DNA from: a virus
Length of the DNA: 21,247 nt
Virus record (IMG/VR): IMGVR_UViG_3300012148_000001
Strand: one strand, 5' to 3'
Each line of letters starts with the position of its first letter. Position 1 is the first letter of the stretch. The notes beneath the pieces were generated by a model that worked only from the letters and a program-made list of their open reading frames with translations, had not been told where the DNA came from and did no database searches. Made by a program: the position numbers and the translations under genes. Of the stretch, positions 12,408 to 20,601 are shown one piece after another.

Positions 12408-14027
12408 ATGACTACACAAGAAAAATTCCACGGTCTGCCGCAGAAAATCGGCAAACTTTTCGAAAAATTCAACACCGAAAGAAACTCCCAGCTCGGCGAC
12501 ATAAAAGCGCTTAGGGAGAGAATCTACGGCATAAAAGACCACAAAAACGACACGTGGGGCTCCGACCTGATGCTCCCCGACCTCTACGAACAGTGCCAAA
12601 CCCTTAAGGCGCACGTGTTAGACAGCATTTACTCAAGCGCCCAATCGCTTTTCGACGTGTCGGCACAAAACGGCGAAACCACGCGCGAGGCAAGCGCGCA
12701 GAAGGCCATGCTCGTTGAAAATCTCGAAAAAATGAAAATCGGCGCAAAACTCGAGAAAATGGTCGAAGACCTCATAGAAACAGGCGAATGCACCCTCTTT
12801 GTCGGCTGGGAAACGCGCTACAGAAAGCACAGACGCGCCGCGAGCCTCGAAGAGCGTCTCGAAAGCGGCAAAAGCTTTGTGACACAAGACAAATTGGTCT
12901 ATGACGGCGTAACGGTGAAAACCATTGCCGCACAAGACTTCGTTTTCGACAGCGCCAGAAGCGCCAACTGGGACGGCTGCGCGAAGATTTTCCGCACATA
13001 TTTGGACATCGAGGACATAAAAGCCGATTCCACAAACGTTTACCTGACACAAGAAGTCGTAGAAGCCCTCAAGCAAAACATTTCACGCTTTGAAAAAGGC
13101 GAAGACACAGACGGCATACGTCACGGGCAGGTCGAAATACTTGAATACTGGGGCGACATCGAACTCGACGACGGCCAAGGCGGCACAAGATTTTTGAGGA
13201 ATCAATTCGTCGTTTGCGCAGGCCGCACAGCCATTTTGCGCTTCGAAGACAACCCTTTCGTAACCGCGCCCTTCATCTACGCGAATCTCATCGAAAACCC
13301 CGAAACAAAAAGGGGAATCTCGCCCCTGAAACCTGTCTTGGCGCTCAACACAGTCGCTTCGAGGATATTAAACAATCAGCTCGACGCGTACTCCTTAATT
13401 ATAAACCCGCCGTATCTTGCTCCCAAAGGGGCTTTTAAGGGTCAGCAAAAGGTAAGTCCCGGCAAAATCGTGGAATACGATTCGTCGCTGCTGCCTCAAA
13501 GCCCCACACCGCTTAACTTTAGCTCGGCGCTTTGCGGATGGGATTTTATAAATTATTTTAAGGGCTCAATTGAAAGCACGACGGGCATTTACAGGACAAT
13601 GGCGGGCGACAACGCAGGCACAGCACGCACCGCAACTGAAATGATGTACAGCGCAAACGGCCAAAACGCGCGCTTGAATATGGTTATAAACGCCGTGAAC
13701 CGCAAGCTCATCGTCCCCATGGTCGAAAAAGTGGCGGAAACCGTGGCCAATTTTAAATACGGTGAAGAAACAATCATAGTGCGCCTTGACGACAAGCAAG
13801 TTCCCGTAACGGTCGATGACACAATACGCGGCGGCGACTACGTTTACAGGTACTCCGACAAAAAAGCGACTTTAGAGCGCAAATTCCGTTCCAGAGAGGT
13901 GTCCGAGACCATCGCCGCATTTTCGAAAATCCCCGGATTTTCCGAGAAAATCAACTGGAACGAGTGTTTCAAGTTCGCCCTCGAACAGCTCGGGGTGGAA
14001 AATTCGCAGAAATACTTGGAAACATAG
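12408..14027 (+). CDS. Portal protein
   Basis: The 539-aa ORF lies directly upstream of the large terminase and uses the late-gene SD TTAGAAAGGAAG. Size and position are typical. The family was not verified. Confidence 0.65.
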   Translation: MTTQEKFHGLPQKIGKLFEKFNTERNSQLGDIKALRERIYGIKDHKNDTWGSDLMLPDLYEQCQTLKAHVLDSIYSSAQSLFDVSAQNGETTREASAQKAMLVENLEKMKIGAKLEKMVEDLIETGECTLFVGWETRYRKHRRAASLEERLESGKSFVTQDKLVYDGVTVKTIAAQDFVFDSARSANWDGCAKIFRTYLDIEDIKADSTNVYLTQEVVEALKQNISRFEKGEDTDGIRHGQVEILEYWGDIELDDGQGGTRFLRNQFVVCAGRTAILRFEDNPFVTAPFIYANLIENPETKRGISPLKPVLALNTVASRILNNQLDAYSLIINPPYLAPKGAFKGQQKVSPGKIVEYDSSLLPQSPTPLNFSSALCGWDFINYFKGSIESTTGIYRTMAGDNAGTARTATEMMYSANGQNARLNMVINAVNRKLIVPMVEKVAETVANFKYGEETIIVRLDDKQVPVTVDDTIRGGDYVYRYSDKKATLERKFRSREVSETIAAFSKIPGFSEKINWNECFKFALEQLGVENSQKYLET

Positions 14028-14130
14028 AAACAAGCCTCTGCCGGCTTTTGACTTTCTTTAAAGCTTGTAAAAAATGTAAAAAAGAGGAAAGCGGCTGTAT
14101 GGTGCAAAACTTAAACTAAAACCACAAACT

Positions 14131-15447
14131 ATGAACTATAAATTACTTAAATCTCAAAAAAAATTCCTGGAAATTCCACATAATTACAGCCTCGATGTTT
14201 GCATTTATCAGGGCGGTTTTGGTTCGGGAAAAACCTTTGCGGGGTCGCTTCTCGGGGTTTTGCTGTGCCTTAAATACCCCAAAATTATCGGCCTTGTGGG
14301 CGCACAGACCTATGCGCTCGTCCGAGACACAACTCTGACAAGCTATTTCGAGCATCTTTCGAACATGGGCTTCAAAGAGGGCAGGGAGTTTTCTTTCAAC
14401 AAATCCGAAAAAATACTCGAGCTAAAAAACGGCTCCAGAGTTCTGTTTCGGCACTTTGACGAGCCCAACAAACTCAAAAGTCTGAATCTGGGCTTCGCTG
14501 AAATCGAAGAAATGTCCGATGTTCCCGAAGAGACCTTCAAAATGCTTCTGGGGCGCATGAGACAGACTGTTCAGGCCGACTGGAAAGACTTTACGTACAG
14601 AATATTCGGGCATACAAACCCCGAAAACCGCAGGGGGTGGATATATAACACTTTTGTAAAAATCAAAAGGCCTAATTACAGGCTTATTATAGCGCCTTCA
14701 ACCGAGAACATCCACTTGCCGAAAGACTTTTGCAAGGATTTGAAGCGGGCATACGACGAAAAGTATTATAAAATGAACGTTTTGGGCGAATTTGAAGAAG
14801 GTGATAACGCGCTTGTAGTAAGGGATTTTACGGAAGAGAACATCCGTAAACTCAATTATAACGAGGGTCTTGATTTGCACATTACCTGTGATTTCAACGT
14901 AGACCCTATGTGCTGGCTTATCGCGCATAAAGACGACAGCAAAGTGTACTTTATAGACGAATTTGCGCTTGAAAACGCAACCACATCAAGTGCTTGCGAC
15001 GAGTTCATCCGCCGATACCCTTGCCACAAGGGACGAATCGTCATTAACGGAGACGCGAGCGGCGACAACAGGAGCTGCCAGAGCGAGTATACGAACTATG
15101 TCATCATGCGAAACAGGCTTGGCGCGCACGGTTACAGGGATGTAAAGTTCGACATCCGCACTTTCAATCCGCCGATACGCAACAGAATCGCGGCTTTTAA
15201 CGCCATGGTCAAAAACTCGGAAGGCGAAAGGCGGCTGTTCGTTGACCCGCAGTGCGAAAAACTTTTGTACAACTTTGAGAACTTGAAATATCTGGAAGGC
15301 AGCTCCAGACTTGACTTGCCGAGCTATTACCAAATCAAAAGCCTGCCCGGCACGAAATTTCTCGGCCACCCTTTTGACGCCGCAAGTTACCTTGTAGAGT
15401 ACTATTTCCCGATTGTCTGCGCGGGCAGCGGGTTTGAGGGGGTTTAG
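14131..15447 (+). CDS. terL: Terminase large subunit
   Basis: It carries Walker A (GGFGSGKTF), Walker B-like (LGFAEIEE) and nuclease acidic motifs (ITCDFNVDP, INGDASGDN, HPFDAASY). Confidence 0.9.
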   Translation: MNYKLLKSQKKFLEIPHNYSLDVCIYQGGFGSGKTFAGSLLGVLLCLKYPKIIGLVGAQTYALVRDTTLTSYFEHLSNMGFKEGREFSFNKSEKILELKNGSRVLFRHFDEPNKLKSLNLGFAEIEEMSDVPEETFKMLLGRMRQTVQADWKDFTYRIFGHTNPENRRGWIYNTFVKIKRPNYRLIIAPSTENIHLPKDFCKDLKRAYDEKYYKMNVLGEFEEGDNALVVRDFTEENIRKLNYNEGLDLHITCDFNVDPMCWLIAHKDDSKVYFIDEFALENATTSSACDEFIRRYPCHKGRIVINGDASGDNRSCQSEYTNYVIMRNRLGAHGYRDVKFDIRTFNPPIRNRIAAFNAMVKNSEGERRLFVDPQCEKLLYNFENLKYLEGSSRLDLPSYYQIKSLPGTKFLGHPFDAASYLVEYYFPIVCAGSGFEGV

Positions 15448-15449
15448 GC

Positions 15450-15990
15450 ATCCTGTTTGTCAAATCAAAGATTACCCCATTTGCAGCGAGCAACAGCTCG
15501 TCTTGTTTTCGAGGGCTATGCCCGAGAATTACAAGGGAGGGTGCCGTTTTCGGCCAAATTAAAATGGCGTAGCCATTATTCCCCGCGGGGGGCTTGTCGT
15601 ATGGCTTTGCGTCTGGCTTACGCTTTCGGCTCCTGTGGGTGTCTCAACTACCGTCTCAACATCCTACGTCGCCATCGTAGTGCTGCGTGCCGCCGACTGT
15701 CTTGGAATACGAAGCGCTCGGAAAATTCAACATTTCCCTTGCTCAGGAGCTTTGCTTTGCATCAACTCCCTTCGATTCCGCTCGCCGCCGCCGTCTTCCC
15801 CCCCCATTCCAACGTGACATTTAGTCACCTTGTAACGGGTCCCTGCACCGGCTTACGCATCCCGCCTGTCAAATCAAAGATTTGTTCACTCCCTACGGCC
15901 GCTCCACGGCCTGCGGTCGTAACGGCGGCTATCAATACGTACGGTCTTACGTGCTTGCTCATCGCAAGCCCTAAAGACCTACTTCTGGCC
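15450..15990 (+). repeat. Mosaic repeat block between terL and the 16012 gene
   Basis: Its modules are shared with 10343-10565, 5995-6060 and 9169-9330. Confidence 0.9.
15704..15779 (+). repeat. 76-nt element, copy 5
   Basis: Near-identical to the other copies (3 substitutions). Confidence 0.95.
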
Positions 15991-16011
15991 CAAGCACTTA
16001 GAAAGGAAAAT

Positions 16012-16254
16012 ATGGAAAATTTGAATCTTGTAATCGAGTATGCACCAACGGTTTTGGTGATTTTAATGTTTTTGCTGCACAACAAGTTTTTTGTGACGCC
16101 GGAGCAGTTGGAGCGCAGGCACAGGGACATTATAAAGGAGGTGGAAAACCGCTTTGCGCCTTTGATTTCGATGGATGAGCTGAAGCAGCAGTTTAGCGAA
16201 GTTAAAGAGAAAATAGACAAAATTTACGAATATTTTATGCGTGACAGGTACTGA
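16012..16254 (+). CDS. Membrane-anchored coiled-coil protein (80 aa)
   Basis: Start MENLNLV follows TTAGAAAGGAAAAT. It has an N-terminal TM segment (PTVLVILMFLL). The upstream 555 nt of the track ORF is repeat mosaic. Confidence 0.55.
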   Translation: MENLNLVIEYAPTVLVILMFLLHNKFFVTPEQLERRHRDIIKEVENRFAPLISMDELKQQFSEVKEKIDKIYEYFMRDRY

Positions 16255-16364
16255 AACCGCGGGTTTGTCAAAGGCTTAAAAGTCAATTACAGCAAAGGAA
16301 ATTGACAAAAATCTTGTAAAATAACCGCTTAATATTTCTTAACAAAAATTTTGATTTCAGGAAA

Positions 16365-16904
16365 TTACTTTAAGAAACCGAAAATGCCTGATTTCTTTGC
16401 CAGTAACGCTTTTTGCTCTTCGGTTTGTTTTTTCAGCGCGGAGATTTCTAAATCTTTTTCTATAAGTTTGGCATGGAGTTCGAAGTACTTGTCCTCCCAG
16501 TATTTTCTGCTTTCTTTCTCTTCGTTTCTAATAATTTCCAGTTGTTTATACTTGCCTGCTTCGACTGCCAGTTCCTTGAGTTCTGTAATGAGGTGTAAAG
16601 TCACAGTATCATTAGGTAAAGGGGTGGTGTGATGCGCTTCGTTGTTTAAAATTTCCGCGTTTATTATTGGAGTTTCCCGGAATGAAGCCGTGGTGTTGAT
16701 GTATGACTTGGAGGTCTTGTTGCGCTTCGATTTTAGGTTTAATTCGCGAATTTGTTCCGCTTCTTTTGGAGAAATTACAATAACTTTTCCGCCCGGTCCG
16801 TCAATTGTTTGAAGTTTTCCTTTGTCAATCCAAGCATATACCGAAGATTGGCTCATAAGAAGCATTTCCTGCGCTTCTTGAATTGTAAGTTTTAAATCTT
16901 CCAT
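16365..16904 (-). CDS. MerR/excisionase-type HTH DNA-binding protein with a C-terminal coiled coil
   Basis: The internal start is MEDLKLTIQEAQEMLLMSQSSVYAWIDKGKLQ (HTH_17-like), with AAGGATTGAA upstream. Confidence 0.65.
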   Translation of the reverse strand: MEDLKLTIQEAQEMLLMSQSSVYAWIDKGKLQTIDGPGGKVIVISPKEAEQIRELNLKSKRNKTSKSYINTTASFRETPIINAEILNNEAHHTTPLPNDTVTLHLITELKELAVEAGKYKQLEIIRNEEKESRKYWEDKYFELHAKLIEKDLEISALKKQTEEQKALLAKKSGIFGFLK

Positions 16905-16988
16905 TTCAATCCTTATTCTATTTCCAGTTAATTCCAATAAATTCTTAGAGTTTATAGTAAATTTTAGTAGTTTGCGGTGTTGCGGCTC

Positions 16989-17017
16989 TTGACAAATATT
17001 ATAGCATGGATTAGCAT
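16989..17017 (+). promoter_or_regulatory. Promoter TTGACA-17 nt-TAGCAT, reading toward the ori/rep region
   Basis: Read directly. A minus-strand TATAAT (17003-16998) overlaps it. Confidence 0.45.
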
Positions 17018-17120
17018 GCATGTAGGTTTATGTAAAAGAATGTGAAGCATGGCTGCTATATTGCGAAGGCAGGGCTTTTGCGTCCGCAGCTGATAGTGCT
17101 TTTGCTGAGGAGACAACCGG

Positions 17121-17276
17121 TGCCGACAGGCGAAAGCGCCTGAGAGTACTACAAAGACAGGATGCCGGGTATTGGAAAAATGCCGACAGGCGAAAGAGGC
17201 GTAGAGTACTGCAAAGACAGGGTATCAAAGATGGGTGCCGATTGCTGCAGGGTATCAAAGTATCGGAAAAATGACG
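17121..17276 (+). repeat. Direct repeats with a 60-bp period, plus shorter repeats
   Basis: TGCCGACAGGCGAAAG..AGAGTACT.CAAAGACAG occurs at 17121-17160 and 17181-17220 (35/40 identical). CAGGGTATCAAAG occurs twice and GGAAAAATG.CG occurs twice. A related motif lies at 18845-18880. Confidence 0.8.
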
Positions 17277-17452
17277 GGGGGTGAGAGAGTTTCAAATATG
17301 TGTCTGCGCGGCAATTGTGGAAATTGCTGTTGTACGCAGTAAAATGTTCAGTTGACGCCAAGACGGGAGCCGTTTTGAGCAGACACGCCGGAGAAGCGGG
17401 AAAGGGACTGATGCAGGGTCGCCAGGCGAAGTACAGCCGCAGCAACGGGCGG

Positions 17453-17501
17453 AAGCTCCCGAGCGAAGGAAATGTTGAATTTTCCGAGCGCTTCGTATTC
17501 C
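17453..17501 (-). repeat. 76-nt element, truncated copy (about 49 nt)
   Basis: It matches the GGAAATGTTGAATTTTCCGAGCGCTTCGTATTCC half. Confidence 0.85.
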
Positions 17502-17522
17502 AAGACGCGCGGATACACGGCA

Positions 17523-17552
17523 AAAAGGCAATAAAAATGTGCCTTTTATAAA
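17523..17552 (+). terminator. Weak hairpin/terminator candidate
   Basis: AAAAGGCA-ataaaaatg-TGCCTTTT followed by ATAAAT; the stem is AT-rich. Confidence 0.3.
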
Positions 17553-17650
17553 TAAAAAGCACAAATCAACTACTTTTTAAGTATAGCATTATTTCAAAAT
17601 AGTGCAATATGTTATTTTGTTGCGGGTTATTATTTTATTTTGCTGTGTTT
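17550..17650. other. AT-rich tract, candidate DNA-unwinding element
   Basis: Visibly AT-rich, and located between the direct repeats and the iterons. Confidence 0.4.
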
Positions 17651-17779
17651 GTAAGCGGTTTGGGAAATATGCGCTGTGACTGCGGGTGCTGCTGTGCTGC
17701 GGTGAAATTTTTCAAGAATTTGTATGAGACACGGGCGAATTCACGCTAAAGAAAAGTATATGGCTGTTGATAATGCTTA

Positions 17780-18050
17780 ACAAGGCCGTGCGGGTGCAAG
17801 TCAGGGTAAAAACCCTTAAGAGCAGAGTTTTTGGGCTATTAACAGGCGGAGGGTAAAGAAGCAATGCAGGAAGGTTTACGCCGTTTAATCGGCAGAGGGG
17901 CAGGAAAGGTTTATGGTCATAAGGTTTTACGGGCTCTATGGGCAGAAAAAACAGGATGGGAGACCTTAAAAGCAGAATCCAAGGGTGTTTACGAGCCGTT
18001 TAATTAAGGAAACAGGGTGGGGAGACCCGTAAGAGTAAAATTAGTAAAGG
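17780..18050 (+). repeat. Iteron-like imperfect direct repeats upstream of rep
   Basis: Recurring GGTTTACG(N2-3)CGTTTAAT, AGGTTTTACGGGC and ACAGG..GGGAGACC.TAA.AG units at about 50-60-bp spacing. Confidence 0.6.
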
Positions 18051-18057
18051 ATTTAAG

Positions 18058-18837
18058 ATGAATAATTACGGAATAACGGGGCAAAACAGCGAGAGTGTGC
18101 AGCAAACGCACGCAGTTACGCAGTTTGAGCTTACAAAGGCGCTTTACACATCGGATATACTGGCGAAAAGCGACCTTACTTGTTCGGCAAAGCTTTTTCT
18201 ATACGCGCTTTGCACGCATTATAACCCCAAGAATAAGACTATGTTTCCTTCTCAGGCTACGGTTGCTAAGAAGCTCGGTATAAGCGAAAAGTCGGCGGAG
18301 AGGGCTGTAAAAGAGCTTAAGGGCAAGGGTTTGATAGATTATGAAACCAGAAAAGTCAACCATTACCGCTTTAGCGAGAAGTTTTTCTCGCTGATAAATT
18401 TGAATCTCGCTGATATCCTGTCTTTCAAGGCGCAGGGGAAGGGTTCGGACAAAATGTCCGTGGGGGTCCGTCAAAATGTCTGTTGTGATGTCCGTCAAAA
18501 TGTCGGTCTAACAAATAATACTGAACAAAAAAATAAAAGGGATTTTTCTTTTTTTCAAAAAGGGCGAAGTGCTAAGGCGGCGCTGCAAGACGGGGGGAAG
18601 GCTGTGCCGTCCGTTGAGGAGACAAGGGAGCTTTTGAAGGAGCGCGAACGCATAAGGGAAGAGGGTTTTAACCCTTTGGATTATTCTTATGAGGACGCGT
18701 ACGTGTGGATAAAGTCGATGCCTGCTTTTTGGCTTAAAAAGTCAAAGATAGCAAGGAGTTTGATTGAAAAGTATAAGTTTGAGGATTTTTTGTATACGCT
18801 GGATTTTGAGATAGAGAATTTTCGGGAAGAGGCGTGA
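18058..18837 (+). CDS. Replication initiator-like winged-helix protein
   Basis: The segment LTCSAKLFLYALCTHYNPKNKTMFPSQATVAKKLGISEKSAERAVKELKGKGLI is the typical HTH_36/DnaD-like initiator N-domain. The SD is AAAGGA. Confidence 0.7.
   Translation: MNNYGITGQNSESVQQTHAVTQFELTKALYTSDILAKSDLTCSAKLFLYALCTHYNPKNKTMFPSQATVAKKLGISEKSAERAVKELKGKGLIDYETRKVNHYRFSEKFFSLINLNLADILSFKAQGKGSDKMSVGVRQNVCCDVRQNVGLTNNTEQKNKRDFSFFQKGRSAKAALQDGGKAVPSVEETRELLKERERIREEGFNPLDYSYEDAYVWIKSMPAFWLKKSKIARSLIEKYKFEDFLYTLDFEIENFREEA
18447..18504 (+). repeat. Three ..CAAAATGTC repeats inside rep
   Basis: GGACAAAATGTC is at 18447-18458 and CGTCAAAATGTC is at 18469-18480 and 18493-18504, spaced 22 and 24 bp. Confidence 0.85.
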
Positions 18838-19103
18838 GCCGAGCCGCCAACAGGCGAAAAAAAGGCGTGAAAAATGACAGGAAATTGTTGGAAAATATTG
18901 GAAAGGCCTGCTGTAAACGATTTTGTGAAATGTTTAAAAAAACGCGGCTTGAGAAAACAAGTTTCTGGAATTTTTCGGAAAAAACATGTAAATTTTTGGA
19001 ATTTTAAAAAAGGTTTTTCAAAACTGATACAAAACTATAAAAAATATGCTTTAGGAATTTGCTCCCGAAAACCCTTATATATCAAAGAAAACCTGTTTTG
19101 GGT

Positions 19104-19130
19104 TAGGTAATTTTACCTAGGTAATTTTAC
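19104..19130 (+). repeat. Tandem TAGGTAATTTTAC x2 (14-bp period)
   Basis: Read directly. Confidence 0.9.
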
Positions 19131-19644
19131 TAATATACAAATTAATAAATCCTGCTATTATCACAATAGAACGGTTAGGGCGGGTTTACGAAAACAAAAC
19201 CTTAACAGAGTGCAAACCAGTTTAAAATGTGTAAGTCAGTATGAGAGAAAAATGCTTTAAATTCGGTGTTTCACGCAAGACGGAAGCATCAAAATTCTTT
19301 AAAAAATTGACAATTTGTTTTGATATTTTTCGAACATTGTACGGCCGCAAAAGTTTATGTGGAGCCGCTGTTCAGGAATCAAAAAGACCAAACACCTTGT
19401 GTTTTGTTGATTTTAAAGAAAAGAAAATCGTTTTTCCAAGCCGCTTAAGGGAATGAGGGTTTTTCCCTACAAGAATCCTTATTCCTTTAGTGGGATAACC
19501 CGGGGGCAAATTTTGCCAAGCGCGAAACGCGCACTGTGAGGGGCTGTAGGCGAGAACAGGAGCCGAAGTACCGAGAAAAAGCACCAAGAGGGCGCATTTT
19601 AACACAAAAATTCCTTTGATTATATTATCACATCGGGTAATTGT

Positions 19645-19676
19645 TTAGGGTATTGCCTTTTGGGATAATACCCTAA
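19645..19676. repeat. Perfect 10-bp inverted repeat, TTAGGGTATT-12 nt-AATACCCTAA
   Basis: Read directly; it could be an operator or an RNA hairpin. Confidence 0.85.
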
Positions 19677-19691
19677 AGACCCAAAGTCTTG

Positions 19692-19713
19692 TGGGGCTTA
19701 GGCCCCATTTTTC
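19692..19713 (+). terminator. Intrinsic terminator
   Basis: TGGGGC-ttag-GCCCCA followed by TTTTTC. Confidence 0.6.
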
Positions 19714-19938
19714 TAAAACCGGAAAATTGTTATAACGAAATGAGCGACGTAAAATTTTTTACCGGGTGAATGGGTTACAACGGGGCAGAGCCTCACGGTT
19801 AAAGGAGAACATCCGCGCCGCAGTCGGCGTAATTCAGCAGACAAAGCAGGCTTGAAGCCTGACACTTATGACAAATGCTTGTGTAACAAGGCTAAAGGCC
19901 GATGTTCCGAGTGAAGTTAACGCTGCAAAGGAAGGGAA

Positions 19939-20166
19939 ATGAAACTTACAACCAGGGAAAATCAAGTCATATCACTGCTTGTAACAGGTTTGGACGACAA
20001 AAGCATCGCATCCCAGATGGGGGTTTCGGTCAGAACCGTACACGCGCATCTGGCAAACATTTACACAAAGTTTAAAGTTCAAAACCGCTCGAGCGCTATA
20101 CTTTTTTGGCTAAACAAAGAAGGACAGAGCTGCGGAAAGCTGCTTCAAGGCACACGCTGCCTGTAG
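19939..20166 (+). CDS. LuxR/GerE-type HTH protein (75 aa, DNA-binding domain only)
   Basis: The segment LTTRENQVISLLVTGLDDKSIASQMGVSVRTVHAHLANIYTKFKV is a canonical GerE HTH. The SD is AAGGAAGGGAA. The stop TAG lies in the repeat CCTGTAGGCG. Confidence 0.8.
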   Translation: MKLTTRENQVISLLVTGLDDKSIASQMGVSVRTVHAHLANIYTKFKVQNRSSAILFWLNKEGQSCGKLLQGTRCL

Positions 20167-20178
20167 GCGAGTTTGCGA

Positions 20179-20240
20179 GCCGTACAGAGCTGGGTCCTAG
20201 CGGATACTAAGGCGGGAGCCGCAGTACCAAGAGGGCACGC
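20179..20240 (+). repeat. 62-nt direct repeat, copy 1 (GCCGTACARAGCTGGGTCCTAGCGGATACTAAGGCG..AGCCGCAGTACCAAGAGGGCACG)
   Basis: Matches 20480-20541 with 3 differences. Confidence 0.9.
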
Positions 20241-20245
20241 TGCCT

Positions 20246-20418
20246 GTAGGCGACACAGGAGCCGTACTTACGATAAACAAGAAATCTGTGATTTCGTAGT
20301 TTAACGGATGCAATCTGCCGAAAGCCTTTGAGCAAAGTAAATCAGGCTTACGCGCATATTTGCCTTTGCAGCTGCTTTAGCAGCGTAGCGAAGGGGGTAA
20401 TCTTTGATTGCACAGGCG
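20246..20418 (+). repeat. ~174-nt repeat, copy B
   Basis: About 95% identical to 7717-7890. Confidence 0.9.
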
Positions 20419-20479
20419 CAAAAGACGTCAAGCCAGAAGTACCAAGAGGGCACGCCGCCTGTAGGCAAGGTGAAACCGC

Positions 20480-20541
20480 GCCGTACAAAGCTGGGTCCTA
20501 GCGGATACTAAGGCGTCAGCCGCAGTACCAAGAGGGCACGA
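20480..20541 (+). repeat. 62-nt direct repeat, copy 2
   Basis: Matches 20179-20240. Confidence 0.9.
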
Positions 20542-20601
20542 CGCGCATAAAACGCAGGTCGGGACGCTGTAAACGCGGGCACACTCAACCGTTGGGGAGT
20601 A

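Larger units (their letters stand above)
20146..20545 (+). repeat. Repeat block between the LuxR-type gene and the endolysin gene
   Basis: GTACCAAGAGGGCACG occurs 3 times, CCTGTAGGC occurs 3 times, and the block holds the 62-nt duplicate and the 174-nt element. Confidence 0.9.

Noticed and set aside
12633-13076. Antisense ORFs inside the portal, terminase and other genes (for example 12633..13076, 14986..15369, 962..1363 and 4748..5310)
   Set aside because: They are fully nested antisense to strongly supported genes, lack an SD, and have the composition typical of shadow ORFs.
18874-19605. ORFs 18874..19110, 19241..19456 and 19372..19605(-)
   Set aside because: They lie in AT-rich repeat-bearing DNA. 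They have no SD, are K/F/W/C-rich or include mosaic fragments, and they overlap each other. They are treated as non-coding pending expression data.
19157-19635. DnaA-box-like ATTATCACA at ~19157 and ~19624
   Set aside because: One base short of the TTATCCACA consensus, and only two copies are present. This is insufficient to call.
20153-20170. Resemblance of CTGCCTGTAGGCGA to the type I-F CRISPR repeat hairpin (CTGCCGTATAGGCAG), as in RNA anti-CRISPR mimics
   Set aside because: Only a partial match. The stem is not completed (GGCGA, not GGCAG), and the flanks do not match a known repeat as far as I can recall. I could not test it without a repeat database.
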